Source: Lepidodermella squamata (Eukaryota > Animalia > Gastrotricha). From it: a stretch of 64,000 bases of DNA. The DNA is taken from contig JBLDXI010000007.1 of NCBI GenBank assembly GCA_047495785.1, positions 248,001 to 312,000 of the forward strand. The letters are read 5' to 3'. This document shows, piece by piece, positions 26,533 through 40,995 of the stretch (positions are counted from its first letter, which is position 1; every line of letters starts with the position of its first letter). The notes under the pieces were generated by a model that saw only the letters and a program-made list of their open reading frames with translations, was not told where the DNA came from and made no database searches. Made by a program: the position numbers and the translations under genes.

Positions 26533-28470
26533 ATGGACACTTTAGTGATTTTATGGCTTCTGGCTATCTGGAGATTAGTATCTGGTGATAATCGAAGTAA
26601 GAATTCCCTTACTGCGAAAATCCTATATCTCATCATTTTGTCTTCCAGGACCTTCAGAAACCTTACTACCAGTTAATCCTCAATGTAAAAGGCAAACCTT
26701 GGTACCTCCGGATTTTTCGATGGACCCAAACCAGGTGTACAACTTTGCCGAGTCAACGCTTCAAATTTTCACTGAGCTTCGAATCCCCTGCGATGGTAAA
26801 TTTATTCCATCCTAATCAACTCGGAATGATGCATGCTTCTATTATAGGATTATTGAAAGAGTGGAAATTTCTAGCGAAAAATCCTATAGTCGCTGGGCTC
26901 CATCTCGCTGTTTTCAGGCCGCGAGTGAAATGGTCACCGGTGATGGTGAAGCCTAGCATTTCAGAAGAGCACAAAGTGTTCGACGTTGTCGGCGAGTCCT
27001 ATTTAAGAGCCCTCGCATCACCCGACAATCTACACAACACCTGGATTTACTACCCATTAGCCGAGCCGATACCTGTCGCGAAAGGCGATGTCCTCGGCTT
27101 CTACTACGACAGCTTCACAATGGTGGCTGATACTCTTACGATAAGTTCGAAATCGCGATATGACGTGCCGGACGAGAAACGCGTTAGACCGACCTATATC
27201 CTAATGCTAGATGACAGAACTCTAGCTAAAAACAGTTAGTTGGTCCTTTGATTTGAAAACTTTATATTTTTGTGTATGCTTAGGAACGGTTGATGCTAGA
27301 ATGGCTTTTGTCGATATTCGGGAACCTGCATTGGCTGTCTCGATAGTTCCAGCAAACGCGACTGTTCGATCGGACTTTGTCGGTAACTTCCCGACAACCG
27401 AACAGGAAATCACTTTTCCCGAACGAACGCGCCGGCCACGCCCTTCTAACCGCTTGCCTTCGAACCGATCGGGGAAACGGTCGAGGAACACCAATTTGTA
27501 CCGGACTTATGACGATCAAGTTGTTGTGAATAAGGTGGCGCAGGAGAGGCCGAATCCTTACGTCCATCACTATCATAACCCGAAAAAGGTTCGAGTCACT
27601 GGGCGGAAACACATGACTACGAAGAGCAGGCTATCGCGAAAGCGGCTGGGTAGCTCGACGCAAAAGGTCACCTATAAAGCGCCGATTGTCCGGAGAACCA
27701 CGACTCAGCCTCCGTTGTATTTACCCGAGGAAGAGTTGAGGAAAGCTTATCTAGCTTCGCTAGGTGATGGCCCACTTTTTTGGCATTTGATAAAAACCAT
27801 TCGGACTTCAACTACGCCGGTGCCTGTTACTACGGCCTATATCAAGTCGACAATAGATGGCGAATATTACGATGACCTAGATACTGTCGCAACGAGGACA
27901 AGAATTCCTACTACATCCACTGTTGCCACGACTACTACATCTACAACTAGATATGACGTCGCGACAAAAATGTCGAAAATTCGAACTGAAAGTGTTGTTG
28001 CTGACTTTAAAAGCGGCGAACTATACGTTCCAGCGCCGGTTGTAAATGCAATGATGAACGTTGTGGAACCGAGGATTATCGCCCGAGGTCAAGCGAAGGT
28101 CGAAGATATTGGGACAATGCCGGAGAAAATAATTTTCCCACCGAGTCTATCGAGTGCTCCTCGAATGAACGAAAGTAATTACTTGATTATTATTATTTTA
28201 TCAAATTAACCTTATTTTTTATTTAAGTATGCTACAGCCCTCCAATCGCAATGTTTCAATGCTCAGCGAAGAGACTTCGAGTCTATTTCGATTACGAGTC
28301 CGGAATTTGCAGGTTTGATAAAATTCAAATTTTTGTTTACCAGAAAATTTATTTTTTGTCAATTTAGAATGTTTTTCGGTTGCGAAGCTTGGAATCCTGG
28401 AAATGCGAACAATTTTGCGACAATCGCCGAGTGCCGGCGGAAATGTCGCAGGCCAGACGGAAGATTTTGA
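26533..28470 (+). CDS. Secreted PCDG-domain family member C (+ long basic/Thr linker + variant Kunitz)
   Basis: SP MDTLVILWLLAIWRLVSG; IPCDG|LLKEWKF; Kunitz CYSPPIAMFQC..YFDYESGICR|MFFGC..NNF..CRRKC split by an intron. Confidence 0.85.
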
Positions 28471-29234
28471 AACTTTGGCTAAAATTGTGTTCCATATCCT
28501 CCTACTGATTTTTACCTCATCATCATCGTTTTTACTTGGTTATAATCAATTTTTACGGGCTTCGAAGCCAATTTTCAAGTAATAAAAAATTTGAGTTGCA
28601 ATGATGAACTTGGTGTATTTTGGACTACGTTAATTAATTGCAGCACTTATAGTTTATAGCCGGCGTTGAAAATAGGTTACGAAAAGTCATGTCAACACGC
28701 AGCGGCAAGGCGTTATTTAGCCGAAAAATAGTGTAGGTATTGTCATCAGAGATGAAAATAATGATTAAACAAAGCGGAATTCGGCGCTATTTTCACTAAA
28801 TAAATGCAACGCATTTTGTTTCCGGTTGCAAGGTGTTCACGTATATATACATTTATGAAAAAGAACTATGCCGCGTTTTCAGTGCGCGTTAAAAAGCGTA
28901 AAAACATAGCCCGAAATAGTCATCGCCGTTATCAACAATCGCAAGCTTCTTTCATTGTTGCGCGCTCGGCAGCAATTTCTGCGCTTACAGAAAGCAGCAG
29001 TTGTTATACTGGTGTTTAATTAATATTAAACCGCTCATCAGCTGCATTCTTCGCGGCACCGCTAAAAACTACGGCTTAGCCTTATGTAAATAATTAACGA
29101 GGTTTTTTAAGAGAGTTTTACCCGTAATTAATTATTTCTGTCATCACCAGTCATTTTTGTGCGCACATTTTACGTCTCGCAAAAAGTCACATATATTTCA
29201 CTAATTTTGTAGACATATAATTCCACGTTCACAC

Positions 29235-31330
29235 ATGTGGAAAATCCTCAAGTCGCTGCTGCTGATTTGGAGCTCGCTTCTTCAGTCATCGCTAACTCAA
29301 GGTATTCGAATAATAGCTTCCCTTTACTTTGATTAATTTTACACGATATCTTAGAAAATTCGAGTTCGACCGTTTACGATGTCCCAGAACCACTCGACTA
29401 CAACTGCAAATCATCAGCCATGGTTCCGCATTACTTTACAGAGATTCAGGATGATATATTCAAATTTACTGAGCCAACACTGCAGATTTTCTCGAATTTG
29501 AATGTACCCTGTGACGGCCTGTTGACTCAGTGGAGGTTTCTCGCGAAGAACCCTGTCGTCTACGGCCTGCATTTAGCTGTTTTCCGCCCGCGTGAGGCTA
29601 ACAACAGAGTTTTCGACGTTGTTGGCGAGTCTTACCTTCGTGCATTTTCAACACCGGGTCTTGGGGCCCATGACACCTGGGTGTATTACCCTCTCGAAGA
29701 CCCTATCTACGTCGTGAAAGGAGACTTGTTAGGTGAGTCACTTCTCGCTTAAAATAACTCAACATTCACTGGGGAAATTTCAGGATTTTACTACGACAGC
29801 TACGCAACGCTGGCTGAAATGTTAACTATCAGTTCGAAGACTCATTTTGATATCAAAACTAAACGAATTCGACCGACTTATGTGATGATGATCGACGCGA
29901 AAACCATCTCGGCAAACAGTAAGTTTTTGAAATTTTTCATTAAGGTGGCATTTTTTCAATTTCAATCACAAACCTATTTTTCGAGGCTTTGGATTTCGGA
30001 TAACTTCGGTCATCTATTCATTCCAAAGCTCAGGGCAGGGTCATCAATTAGTTAAATTGCCTTGGGGTCCGATGAAAACTTTGACACTTCAGATCCTTAC
30101 CTTTGAGGGCCCGCAGGGTCCCATTCAGGAATTTGCCCAAGGGTCCGAATTAATTAGAAACCTATATCTCAAGTTTTTTCGTGGGAATTTTTTCTTAATC
30201 TCTCTTATTTCATTTGTTTCTAGCCACTATTGACACTCGTATGGCCTTTGTCGACATTCGAGAGCCAGCTTTTGGCGCTGTTATCAGCGTGCTGAAACCC
30301 GGCCAAGCTCGGAAACTGACGCATCCTACAACAACTCCCTCCGCTACCACAACAGAACTCAGCCAGAATTCAACCTTCGAAATAATTTTGAATTCAACCA
30401 CTTCGGTGGAATTCTTTAACATTGGCCAGTTGCTGAATGAGACCTCGACATCTATGGCGTCACCTACTGAGCAGGAGCAGTCGAAGATAGCAGCCTATTC
30501 GACTGCTGCGACTGAATTAGTAACAAAAATTAATCCAATGGTTGGTATGGAATTATCGGACATGTTCCCTGGTCGCGGTCAAAAGGGCCGACCGCAACAG
30601 GAGCGAGCTGAGCATTCAGAAGAGGACGACTCGGCTGAAGATGAAGGGTTACTTGCAAATCAGCCGAAATTGATGACTACAACGCACAGGTTGACAACGA
30701 AAAAAGCGGGTTCGACGCGTCTTATCAGCAAGAAACGCCGCCAGACTATTACAATGTCCGCAAGCGCATCGATTATTACGTCATCGGCTCCAATGAAATC
30801 TTCGGCCAAGACGCAGCGTAACAGGACTAAGAGGCGGAGGCGAACGACTACGGCCGTTCCATCCACAACTACTAGGGCATCAACTACGACGCAGCGAGTA
30901 ACAGAAGCGACTACAACGGCGTCTACTACAACGACGAAGAAACAGGAGGAAACACTGCCCTATGGTCTAGTCACCGTGCCAGGGGTGCCAGTGCATATGC
31001 CGGTCACGTTGAGTTTAGGCTACATGCCGCCAAAGGTCGACGATGAGCGGGATGACCCGAAAAATCGAGCCGTCATCGCATTTGTCTGCCTCAACCCGCC
31101 TACGGCTATGCCGACTTGCAACCGGAAAAAGCGACGTGTTTATTTTGACTACCAACAGGGGATTTGCAAGTGAGTGTCTCGACCTGAAAGCTTTTGTATC
31201 GAATTTTAAATTATTTTTTTCATTTGCATCAAGGCAATTTTTCGGCTGTGAATCATGGGACAGCGCGAACGCGAACAATTTCGGCTCGTTCGGCGAATGC
31301 CAGGCGAAATGCTTACGACGGGAATCTTGA
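29235..31330 (+). CDS. Secreted PCDG-domain family member D (+ Ser/Thr mucin linker + variant Kunitz)
   Basis: SP MWKILKSLLLIWSSLLQSSLT; VPCDGLLTQWRF; the Kunitz domain is split by an intron at the same position as in member C. Confidence 0.85.
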
Positions 31331-31897
31331 CGTTAAAAATTCGTTATCATCGAATAAATTTTACGAAACAAAAAAAATATGCTGGTCACCCGCGCAGTTC
31401 GGGTAATAGTGGTCGCGAAATAAAATAAAACACGCTCAACACATAAATTTGTAGTTCACAGTAGAATAATTCCGCCATTCCATTCCATAGATGATTAACT
31501 GCTTCTATCGAGAATCAGCGTTTTTTGTATACATATTTTATGCCTTATTTATCAAGCCCGCGAAGTTATAAAGAAGATAAATAAACTGGAACAAAAATTA
31601 TATTTTTTCTCATACTTTTTTTTTGTCCCCAAATATTTCCGATGAATCATTAGCTTGTTTTTTTCGTAAGGCTATACTCAATACATTTCAACTGGCGTAA
31701 ATATTTTGAGAATATCGAACATTTTTACGTCGAGGTTACTCTTAAAAGTGCTGGAGCGACGGCGAGTACTAAGTGGGGGTAGCAAAACAGGTGCTTGGAA
31801 ATCAGCTGCTAAAACATCTAGGCAGCTTCACCCCCATCAGCGCTGTATAAAATGCTCGAGAAATCGGCGGGGAGCGAAATACTACGAAAACGCAGAT

Positions 31898-32346
31898 ATG
31901 GACAACTTGCAAGTTGTTGCCTTCATAGGCCTTCACGTTATCATCAGCCAAGCAATCGCTTTACCCATCTCTTCTTCAACCGCGGAAATTTCGTCTTCAC
32001 CAGTCTCCACTACAACATCTATACCCTACGACGAAAAATTAATGCTAATAGGTATTAAATATTAATTTATTTTTAAAATAATTTTTCAAAAAATATAATT
32101 TTTTAAGGAAGTTATCTGGTTGATATTGTTGAGAACAGAAAAATGAAGGACCTGGAGAAGATGGTTGGGGCTGTTCAGCGGGCCCTTCGTGGTCATCATT
32201 CGGTGCGGAAGTGCTTCGCTAAATACAGCTCAATGAAACTGTGCACGAAAGCCGCGACTATGCACGTATTCACTCAAATCGCATCGGCTGTCAAGCGGCA
32301 TGGTCAGATACAGAATCAACAGCAAGCCATAGTACCGTTATCATAG
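31898..32346 (+). CDS. Small secreted helical protein with one Cys pair, paralogue 1 (2 exons)
   Basis: TATA-like tataaaa at ~31846; SP MDNLQVVAFIGLHVIISQAIA; exon 2 VQRALRGHHSVRKCFAKYSSMKLCTKAATMHVF; AATAAA at ~32386. Confidence 0.8.
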
Positions 32347-33573
32347 CTATCATAGACAAATAATATACGGCATATAGAAAGTTGAAATAAAGAAAAGTGA
32401 AATCTTACCCTTTTGCCTGAAAATCTCATGTCCGAAGGTTATAATACTTGCCGGCAAATTTAGTAATGCTAATTCTCAGCCTCGTCACGTTACATATAAT
32501 TGCCAAGTTCGTGGATGCGGAACGTGGCTTTTTTGTTTAAAAACAACCCCCGCCTCCCGAGAGACGACTCAAGAAACTGCCTTTATGACAGGTTTCAAAA
32601 ACAATATAGCCACGATGTTTAAATATAGATTTATTGCTGCTCGCCAGCCATGTGACTCATGTCTTCTATTGGCCGAGCGCGGATCTGTATAAAATCAAAT
32701 TAAAGGGGCATCGAAGCGTGATTACCTCCGGACAGTGCGACGTGGATCGATTGGCATATATACCGTGTCCGTCGCTAAATTGTCTTCTTTAGCCCGGTTT
32801 CGAAAACCATTTTATAAAAAATTTCAGACGTTTTTCAAATAACCTGTTTTCTAACTTATATAAACAACTCACTTAGATTTAAGGTGATAGATGACAAGTA
32901 AAAAGTCGCGTTTTTTACGGGAATAAAAAATAAAAAAACGATTATATTTTACTTGTCACCTATAACCTTAAAACTTATACAGAAAAACTTTGCAACAATG
33001 CTAACGGTATCATCACAGTCGATTTTATTGGGTCAGTAAGTGAAATAATATATTAATCCTAAATAGACAAATCACGCTCGTCCTACTGTGGATCGAATTT
33101 GATGGATGATGCCACTTGCCAATAATTTTCTAAAGAATCGATATGTTCGTTTCAATGTGATTACATGCAGGTTTACGTCCCACTTTAATAGGTGTAAGGA
33201 CTGATTCGTTTTTTGTCCAATAATTAACTCCGTCTTCACATCTCTGTCACGAAGAATTACTATTAATTAGGCTGGACTAACCGCAGATCTATTGCGTGTA
33301 TTTTTAAGGTTGTAAGCATCTCGAATAAACATGTCAATCAGCTACCCCGCTAGACAGAACTTTTCTTATAGCATTTCGGTTGATTTCGTCTTTGTAATTT
33401 CCCCCAATAGTACAAACGCGCGCTGCGAGGCTTGTAAATTATTTACAATGAAAAAAGCTCTCCCAGGCCATGTTTACACTTTCGCTACGCAGGCGTGAAA
33501 TGCCTGGATTTTACGCTGAAAATTAATTTTTACTCACTTTTATATATAGGTTACTTGTTACAATTCGAAGGAC

Positions 33574-33979
33574 ATGCCTTCAGACTTGTTGCTTAATTCA
33601 ATTATTTCTGCTGTTATCCTATTGGGTGTCCATCAATCGTTCGCCATGACGACACCAAGAAGTCCACTGGACGATGCAGAATTTACTGACCCCTTGGCGA
33701 AAATTCGTAAATAATTTCAATAATATTCACAAGTTTTTTTCTATAACTTCATTTTTTGAAGGGTACTTTATAACATCAGCACTGGACCAGCAACGGTTAG
33801 CCGATGTCGATCAACTCATTCGAGACGTACATCGGGCAGTTCGTCGCCACCCATCCGTCATGAGATGTTTAAATCATATCGGCTCAAAGAAATTGTGCAC
33901 AAACGCGGCAACTCTTTATATATTTACTGTTTTGGCTCACAAATTGGATGAAAGAAAAATAAAGCATTTTCTTCTTTAA
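33574..33979 (+). CDS. Small secreted helical protein with one Cys pair, paralogue 2 (2 exons)
   Basis: SP MPSDLLLNSIISAVILLGVHQSFA; phase-1 intron; VHRAVRRHPSVMRCLNHIGSKKLCTNAATLYIF. Confidence 0.8.
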
Positions 33980-35255
33980 CTTTCTTTCTCCGCCTTAACG
34001 AGGCGCAACTTTGGACAAAACTTTGCAACTTTGCAAGCCTATCGAAACTTTATTGGGTGGGTATAGCCGAAAAATGGGGTAAAATGGGGTCTCAAAAGCT
34101 CGCAAAATAATGACCAAGAGGGTTTAAAAGTGATTAGATAAACCCGAAACCCAGTAAAGAAAATCACTAATGGATTATAAAAGATTGGGCATTATAGGCC
34201 GATTTCTGTGGTCGTTTTCGAAGGTTACCTTGATTTTATAAAAATTCTCAAAGGTTTGTTTAATTTTGGGCACCTCATTTGCATATTTGCATAATTACAT
34301 TATAAGCTTGAATCTCATTTTTCCAGCAGCCATTTTATCGCAACGCTTTTACACCGTCTGCGTGACCTAAACTTTGAGCTCACCTCTAATGAATCGTGTT
34401 TACGATAACTGTCCTACTTTTTTTTCAAAGCAACATGACTCTGCATTGGTCAGCCAAAAAGGGCATTGAATCTTCGTTTAGAAGATTTCACTTTTTTCAT
34501 TCATCAAAAAAATATTTGAATTTCAAAAAGCCTTATATTGGTTACCGCTAGAAAGCCTGCCTTCCACGAGGAGCTAGGGGAAATTATGCTAGCCTCTTTA
34601 GTATGAGCTGAGCGGAAGGAAGGTGGGTTTATTACGCCGCTCAAATTTAGCCACAAGTACGGTAGTTTTCAGACTTTCTTAGTATGTGTGTCTGCGATTT
34701 TAGTTATATCATCCTGCGCGTGGCCTGAAAAAGTTGTCTTATGACCGGTAATCATTACTGCAATAATTGCTGTGTGGCGCCTTTTCAGCTTCCGGGTCAC
34801 GACGCAGTAGAAAAATACGCCTGCGTTTATATGGCTATGCGGTTAACATGGTTTGATGAAGCTAATTATTCCATTCATCAATTTTACGTAGTTAAAACGA
34901 AGCTAATTGGCGAAACGAGTCACCCACTTGATGATTTAAGCTTGTTTACTACGGGGACAATTTTAATTTCAATCTCTGCTTGACGTGTTTGACAGGTTAT
35001 TCAAATGTCAAATGTTATTCAAAGAGAGAATTTCAGTGTATTTTGTTTTTTGCGCCATTCAGCCTCTAAAATCTAAAATGAGCGTGGCAATAAGCATGAT
35101 AATATCCGATTCGTGAGAGGTATTTTGCTGAAAAAATAACGACGTCATCCGATGAAATGAAGCCAGAGAATTCACCTGACAAGCGATGACGCAAATGAAT
35201 TTTATTATATAAATGCGCAAAAATGCACCGAATTCGCCGTGTCTCATCTTGAAAA

Positions 35256-35648
35256 ATGGATACCTCAACAACGCTGCAGGTCATCGTTGCTCTATGGATA
35301 GTTTCTTTACTACACTCATCTGATGCAGCTGCTAATCCATCGAACCGCTTCGATAATCAGATACATCGATTCAGTAAAATAATAGTTATCTTTTAATCAA
35401 CAAAATTTGACTCTTTTTCATCATTCTGCCCAGGTAATTATTTGGATAAGCTAGTGAAAAGGAACAGATCGCCCGAACTTAGAAAACTAGTTCTAACCGT
35501 TCACCAGGCAGTGAAAAGACACGCTTTCATAACATCGCTCTGCAAAGATTACCAACTGTCCGAAGCTGACTGCTCTCAAGCCGCAACTGTAGTCGTATTC
35601 AGTCAAATGCTACACAAGCCTGTCCCTGCTTTAGAGACTATTCTGTGA
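35256..35648 (+). CDS. Small secreted helical protein with one Cys pair, paralogue 3 (2 exons)
   Basis: tatataaa at ~35206; SP MDTSTTLQVIVALWIVSLLHSSDA; VHQAVKRHAFITSLCKDYQLSEADCSQAATVVVF. Confidence 0.8.
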
Positions 35649-35851
35649 AGCCGAAATTGATAGTATCATCTAAAACCGAAGATTAAAATCAAACTCGCAA
35701 AACCAGTGTCTTTTTGTTGAGGTGAAATAGGGCCTAATGTTGTGTAAATCGGCTCGCTGTCTGGCGAGAGAGCGCAACTCTATTTTGCTTTCTTTTGACT
35801 GCAAACTCACACAATTGTTTTATTTTGAATTTTCGCGCATTGACTATAAAA

Positions 35852-36988
35852 ATGTATGCAGTAGTAGAAAGGATACTAGCGTTTGCAGTCCTTTGTACGC
35901 TATTCTGGAGGTCAGAATGTGGCAAGCGCGTGTGTCCGCTGTTCCAGGAATTGCAGACACCCTGGGAGGACATACCCGACCCGCAAGAATATCGCTTCCT
36001 CGAGTCATCCCTCACGATTTTTACCAACTTACGCGTCCCCTGCACTGGCCAGCTGGTTGCCTGGAAATTTTGGGCCCAAAACGCGATTGTCTACGGCGTT
36101 TATCTCGGCGTTTTCCGCGAGAGAAAAGGCAGGAATGGCATTTTTGACCAGGTTGGTACGACACACATATTTGAAGAAGCCTCTCGAAACGACACAATGA
36201 ACGCGTACTGGCGCCGTTTCGAAGCCAATCCTGCCATCGATGTGAAGCAGGGCGATTTAATAGGCGTTTATTACGAGAAATTCAGAATTCGAAGCGAGCT
36301 ATTGACCATCAGCACGAAATCGGCGATGCAAATGTCGGCGGAAGAAAAGTACGACAACCCATCTTACATCTTACTCATGGACTCTTACGACATTGAAGCG
36401 CGAAATGGAGTTGTAGACACAAAATCAGCAATTAGAGGTTTTTCGCTAATTTTCACGGAAAAAATCTTAAGGTGGTGTTTTTATTTTTTAGATTTCCGAA
36501 AACCTGCATTATTGGCTTATTTTTCCACGATCAGTGAGTTATTCGTGGGAAATTGTATATTTTAATTTTTTTTCAATTGACAGATCAAAATAAAATTGAG
36601 TCAGCCCAGCTTGCAATCGGAGTATGATTTCCGAAATTTATGTCAAAAATTTGTCGTAATTTTTGTAATTTTTCAGGACTTGAACGAGTATACAAGCACG
36701 CGAAATCCTAAGCTTTTACTGCCGAATCCTTGCTTCAACCAGCCAAGCGTATCGACAAGCTGCTGGCTTCAGGAGGAACGAGCCTATTTCGACCTTTACC
36801 AAAGCATCTGCGAGACGTTTACTGGTTGCCCGGCCGCGTTCTCCGAGACGGAGGCGCCGAACAATTTCGACTCGCTGAACGACTGCATCCTGGCGTGCCG
36901 GCCGGAGAAACAAATCAAGCAAATCAGCGCCGAGCCAGTGCCGCGGCGACTGTTGCCACTGCGGAGCAAATTAGCTAGCCGCTCTTAA
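35852..36988 (+). CDS. Secreted PCDG-domain family member E (short linker + variant Kunitz)
   Basis: SP MYAVVERILAFAVLCTLFWRSECG; VPCTGQLVAWKF...IDVKQGDLIGVYY; Kunitz CFNQPSVSTSC..YFDLYQSICETFTGC..NNF..CILAC. Confidence 0.85.
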
Positions 36989-37903
36989 TCTAACTGGAGG
37001 CTCGAGGCTATTTCATCATCATCGTCACAACATTATTGTTTTGTTGCTGCGCGCATTGAATGGTTAAATCGTGGCGAAAAACACAACTGTAGATAGATGA
37101 ATGATAACAAATAAAAATAAATGAAACGTGGCCTGTTAACACCGTGGACACTTTGGTCTTTTTCACAAAAAATATTTGCGGTTTTGTTTTTCGGGAACTT
37201 GTCGAACACATATTATACGCCGCCTTCTTTTTTGTTTTTTTTTCTTCGCTCACTTGACGCGCGTCATCATTTTCGGCGCGCGGGGACGACTTTATTATTA
37301 GTAGGGCGGCGCGGTTTTGTTGTCGCTGTGAGCGCACTGGCTATTTTTGAAGCAAACAAAGTCGAAGCGCATGTTTATCTCCTGCTGAATGCCAAGCAAT
37401 CCGTCGCTGTTCTTTTGACAACATCTCACCCAAGGCCTGAAATTTAAAATTCTTTGAACAAATAAAACGCGCCCGTGTCTTCACTGTACTACGCAGGAAT
37501 CATCTGAGTTTGTTTTGAGCATCTATTAATCTTTATAAATAATAAAGCTTGCTGTTTTTATTCATAAAGTTTCAGCTTTGATAACTAGTCGCTTCGGTTT
37601 TTGCGGCCTATACATTCTTGTTTTCGACAATAGAAATTATTATATTTTATGATGTGTCACCTTCTATTACCTCTTTCCGCATCAAGTTTTTTGTTTGCAT
37701 TGCGCGCGAAGCTTCTGCGCTTGTAACGGATACAATAATTGACCCGCTTAAATGTCTCATTTTTAAAGAAATAATTTGTTTACAATAGCTTCCGCTTTTG
37801 AATTTTTTTTCGTGCGTAATTATATCTCGCCGCGGTCCTTAACTCAGTTCTGAAGAGCAAACATAACAGCTGTGGTATGCTTTTGAAAGTTAGACAATTA
37901 AAA

Positions 37904-39027
37904 ATGAGAAAAATACCATGGACAAATACATTCGAGCTCGGCAATCAGCTGATAGCTGTACTAATCATGTCGTCGATAGGTATAAGTTTTTCCTATATTA
38001 AAAAGCGCTTCAGAATATTTTTTATGAATTAGCCGGGCTGAATGCTGACAAATGCTACGTTGACGAGACGAAGGTGCCGATCGATTTCAAAATGGAGCAA
38101 GCTGATAGTTATCGATTTTTAGAAAGCGCACTTCAGATTTATACAGATCTTGAAATTCCATGTGACGGTGAGCTATTTCGTGGAGGGAAATATTTTTCTC
38201 AAATTCTTTCAATTAGGATATTTAACTGAATGGCGCTTTCTCGCGGGAAACCCATTTATTTACGCTCTTCATTTGGGCATCTTCAGGCCTAAACAAGCTA
38301 GTCCATGGCCGGTGTTTGAACTGGTGGCTGAGAGTCATCTTTCAGCCATGTCAACGCCCGAAGGCCTCTCAGGGATATGGGTCTACTACCCGCCGAGCGA
38401 ACCGATCGCCGTGAAACAGGGCGATTTAATCGGCGTCTTCTACGATAAATTTGCGATATCTATGGAAATGCTGACAATTATGAACAAGAACGAAGTAACT
38501 ATGGGAGAAATGGCCAGGACGAAGACTTATATCATGCTCTTGGATAATCTCACTCTTCGGAAAAACAGTAAGAGCCTCCTTAATTTGTTGTTATATTTTT
38601 CAAAAATTGATTAAATATAGAAACTATTGACACGGCAAATGCTGCTGTTTCGTTTCGAAAACCAGCATTATCAGCAATTGTTTCACCCTGGATTAAGAAG
38701 CCGAATTCTGACGAGAATTATTCAGCCGAAGCTGACAGCGTCGAAGTGATCAGTGGCTACAACAGTCCGTATTACAGCAGCAATAAGGGTGAATTAAGGC
38801 GTAAAAAGAAGCTGAGCCCGCCCATCCAATCGACCTTCACTCGTCGCGTGAAGACAACGACTACAACCACGTTTACACCCCCTACCTGGAGGTCGTCTCG
38901 GCATCGAACTCCCGAGCCGGAAACTACGACAGAGGCGGGCCCTATCGCGACTTGGAGCACAACGCTACCGGCAGAGGAGATTATTTGCAACGGAATTTTG
39001 TGCTGGCCATCGCTGGACTACGATTAG
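37904..39027 (+). CDS. Secreted PCDG-domain family member F (Thr-rich tail, no Kunitz)
   Basis: KCYVDETKVP..LQIYTDLEIPCDG|YLTEWRF..PIAVKQGDLIGVFYD; ends IICNGILCWPSLDYD*; AATAAA at ~39154. Confidence 0.8.
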
Positions 39028-39297
39028 TATAATATCTATCACATTTATAGAGCTGAAGATATTCAACACGCAACTCAAAACGCATTGTATCATGTATTGT
39101 TTTCGTGTAATATAGATTTTATTCGTGTATTGCTGTTGATTTTTATCAAAATGAATAAAGATAGCAAATTTGTTTTTGAATGGGCATTGCCATTAAATAA
39201 TGTACGAGCCTATCAAACTTGCCGCCCTAAATTTTTAATGCGCAATCACAGCTATAAGCATGGATGATTGAGCAATATATCGCACTTGAAAAATAAG

Positions 39298-40995
39298 ATG
39301 GATAGGCGAGCTTCAACTTTCAATGATGTAAACGAAATTCGTGCCAGAAATTCAAATTATTTCTTTGTTATCTCCAGCAGGGTACGCATCCGAGTAACCG
39401 TCCGATTCCTATTGAACTCTTGAATAAGCACACGAATCAGCGAGGGCCTACTTTGTCAGCTGGTAAACTCGCAAAGGTCCTTCGAGAACCAGTCGAGCGT
39501 GAATTCGGCGACTACAAGTTCTTCATTCCAAGTTTCGACTACGCAACAAAGCACACGGTCAATTTCACAGGGTTCAACCTATTCGTACCCTCTGTCTCCT
39601 ATGGCAACGTGGCTCAGCTGGCTATGGAGCTGATTTTGGCGACAAATGGGACAAATGCAGATATAGACGACACTACGACGGAGGACGATGATTCAAGTTT
39701 CTTTGACGCGGACGCAATGTTGGGCAGAAACACCTCAGCCCCAGCCGGTTTAGGGCAAAGGGCGCCGTCTGTTTCCCCCGAACCGGTCGCCTTGACCCGG
39801 ATAGGCGCCGTATCGGCTCAAAATAGCAAGCAACAACTGGAGATGGGTCATTATATTTGCGAACACGCTGGGTGGCTCATGCCTGTTAGCGACTGCCTAG
39901 TTCCAGTTGTAGGCAGCAATCCTTTCGGCAGTAAATCGCCGAGTTTGGCCACAGCAGCTGATGTCTACGTCAATTTACCGCATAAAAATGTCTTCATACA
40001 ATTCCGATCCAACATTGTTCAAGTTTGTTTCTTTTATCGACCATAATCGTGGAAAAAGCTATTTTAATTGCTAAAAATCAGGTAAAATTCTAAAAAATTG
40101 CCAAAATTATCAGAACAATTTTTTTAATTCTCGAAACACGTCTTTGAACTTTTTCTGAAATGTTATTGAATTATTAAAGAACTGTGAAAGGCTATTCGCT
40201 GAGGAAATGGCCGAATGGATAAAAGCTGCGAAATTTGTAAATGTTATCATCATGACGTCATCATTTTCATTTGCGCGAATCGATGAGCAAATTCAGTCGA
40301 AGGAGCAACAGATTCGGTGGATTGCAACACCGGCGGCTCTTGACCCCGAAAAACGAACTAATCTCGGCGAGAAATTGGCGCGAACTTTCGGGCTGTCGCT
40401 TGAGATGGAGGGCGTTAGAGATGTACCCCGCTCTGAACGAAAAGCTGGCCTTGTCCGAATTCCAGGCGGTGGATTTGCTGGGCCTTTATTTCGGGCAATG
40501 TAATTTTACATTTAAAATAAATATTTCTCAATCATCGAGTTTTTATTTAGCTGGAGGCGCCTTCCCGATCTGTCATGTTTCGCTATCGTTCGATTTTCAT
40601 CCGAGGGTGACAATGTACCTGATGCTTTCGACTTGGCTAACCACATAGCCGCTTTTGCGAACATCGTAGACATCACAGACGCTCCTATTAAGCCACTAAC
40701 TTTCGCAACGAAGAAGAAGAATATTCAGGTAAATATCTTAAATGATTTCATTTTTTGAAAATTGATAGAGGGTGATTGTATTATAAAAATAATGATAATT
40801 TAAGGCTAGATCAGAGCCCTTTTATAGACCGATAAAGAGCGTAGTAAATGGAATTGAGGTATTACGGAGATCAAGAAATAGTGAAAAATCGGTTTAATTC
40901 TAAAACAGGAAAATACCTTGTTTCGAGCTGACGAGCTGAAATGGAAGCTACCGCTAACTTGGCGCTACCTTTACGGATCGATTCGCCGCGGTTGA
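39298..40995 (+). CDS. PSMG2: Proteasome assembly chaperone 2 (PAC2)-like protein, copy a
   Basis: PAC2 motifs FTGFNLFVPSVSYGNVAQLAMELIL, VPVVGSNPF, IQFRS, RIPGGGF, FSSEGDNVPDAFDLA and C-terminal WKLPLTWRYLYG; start exon tentative. Confidence 0.85.
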
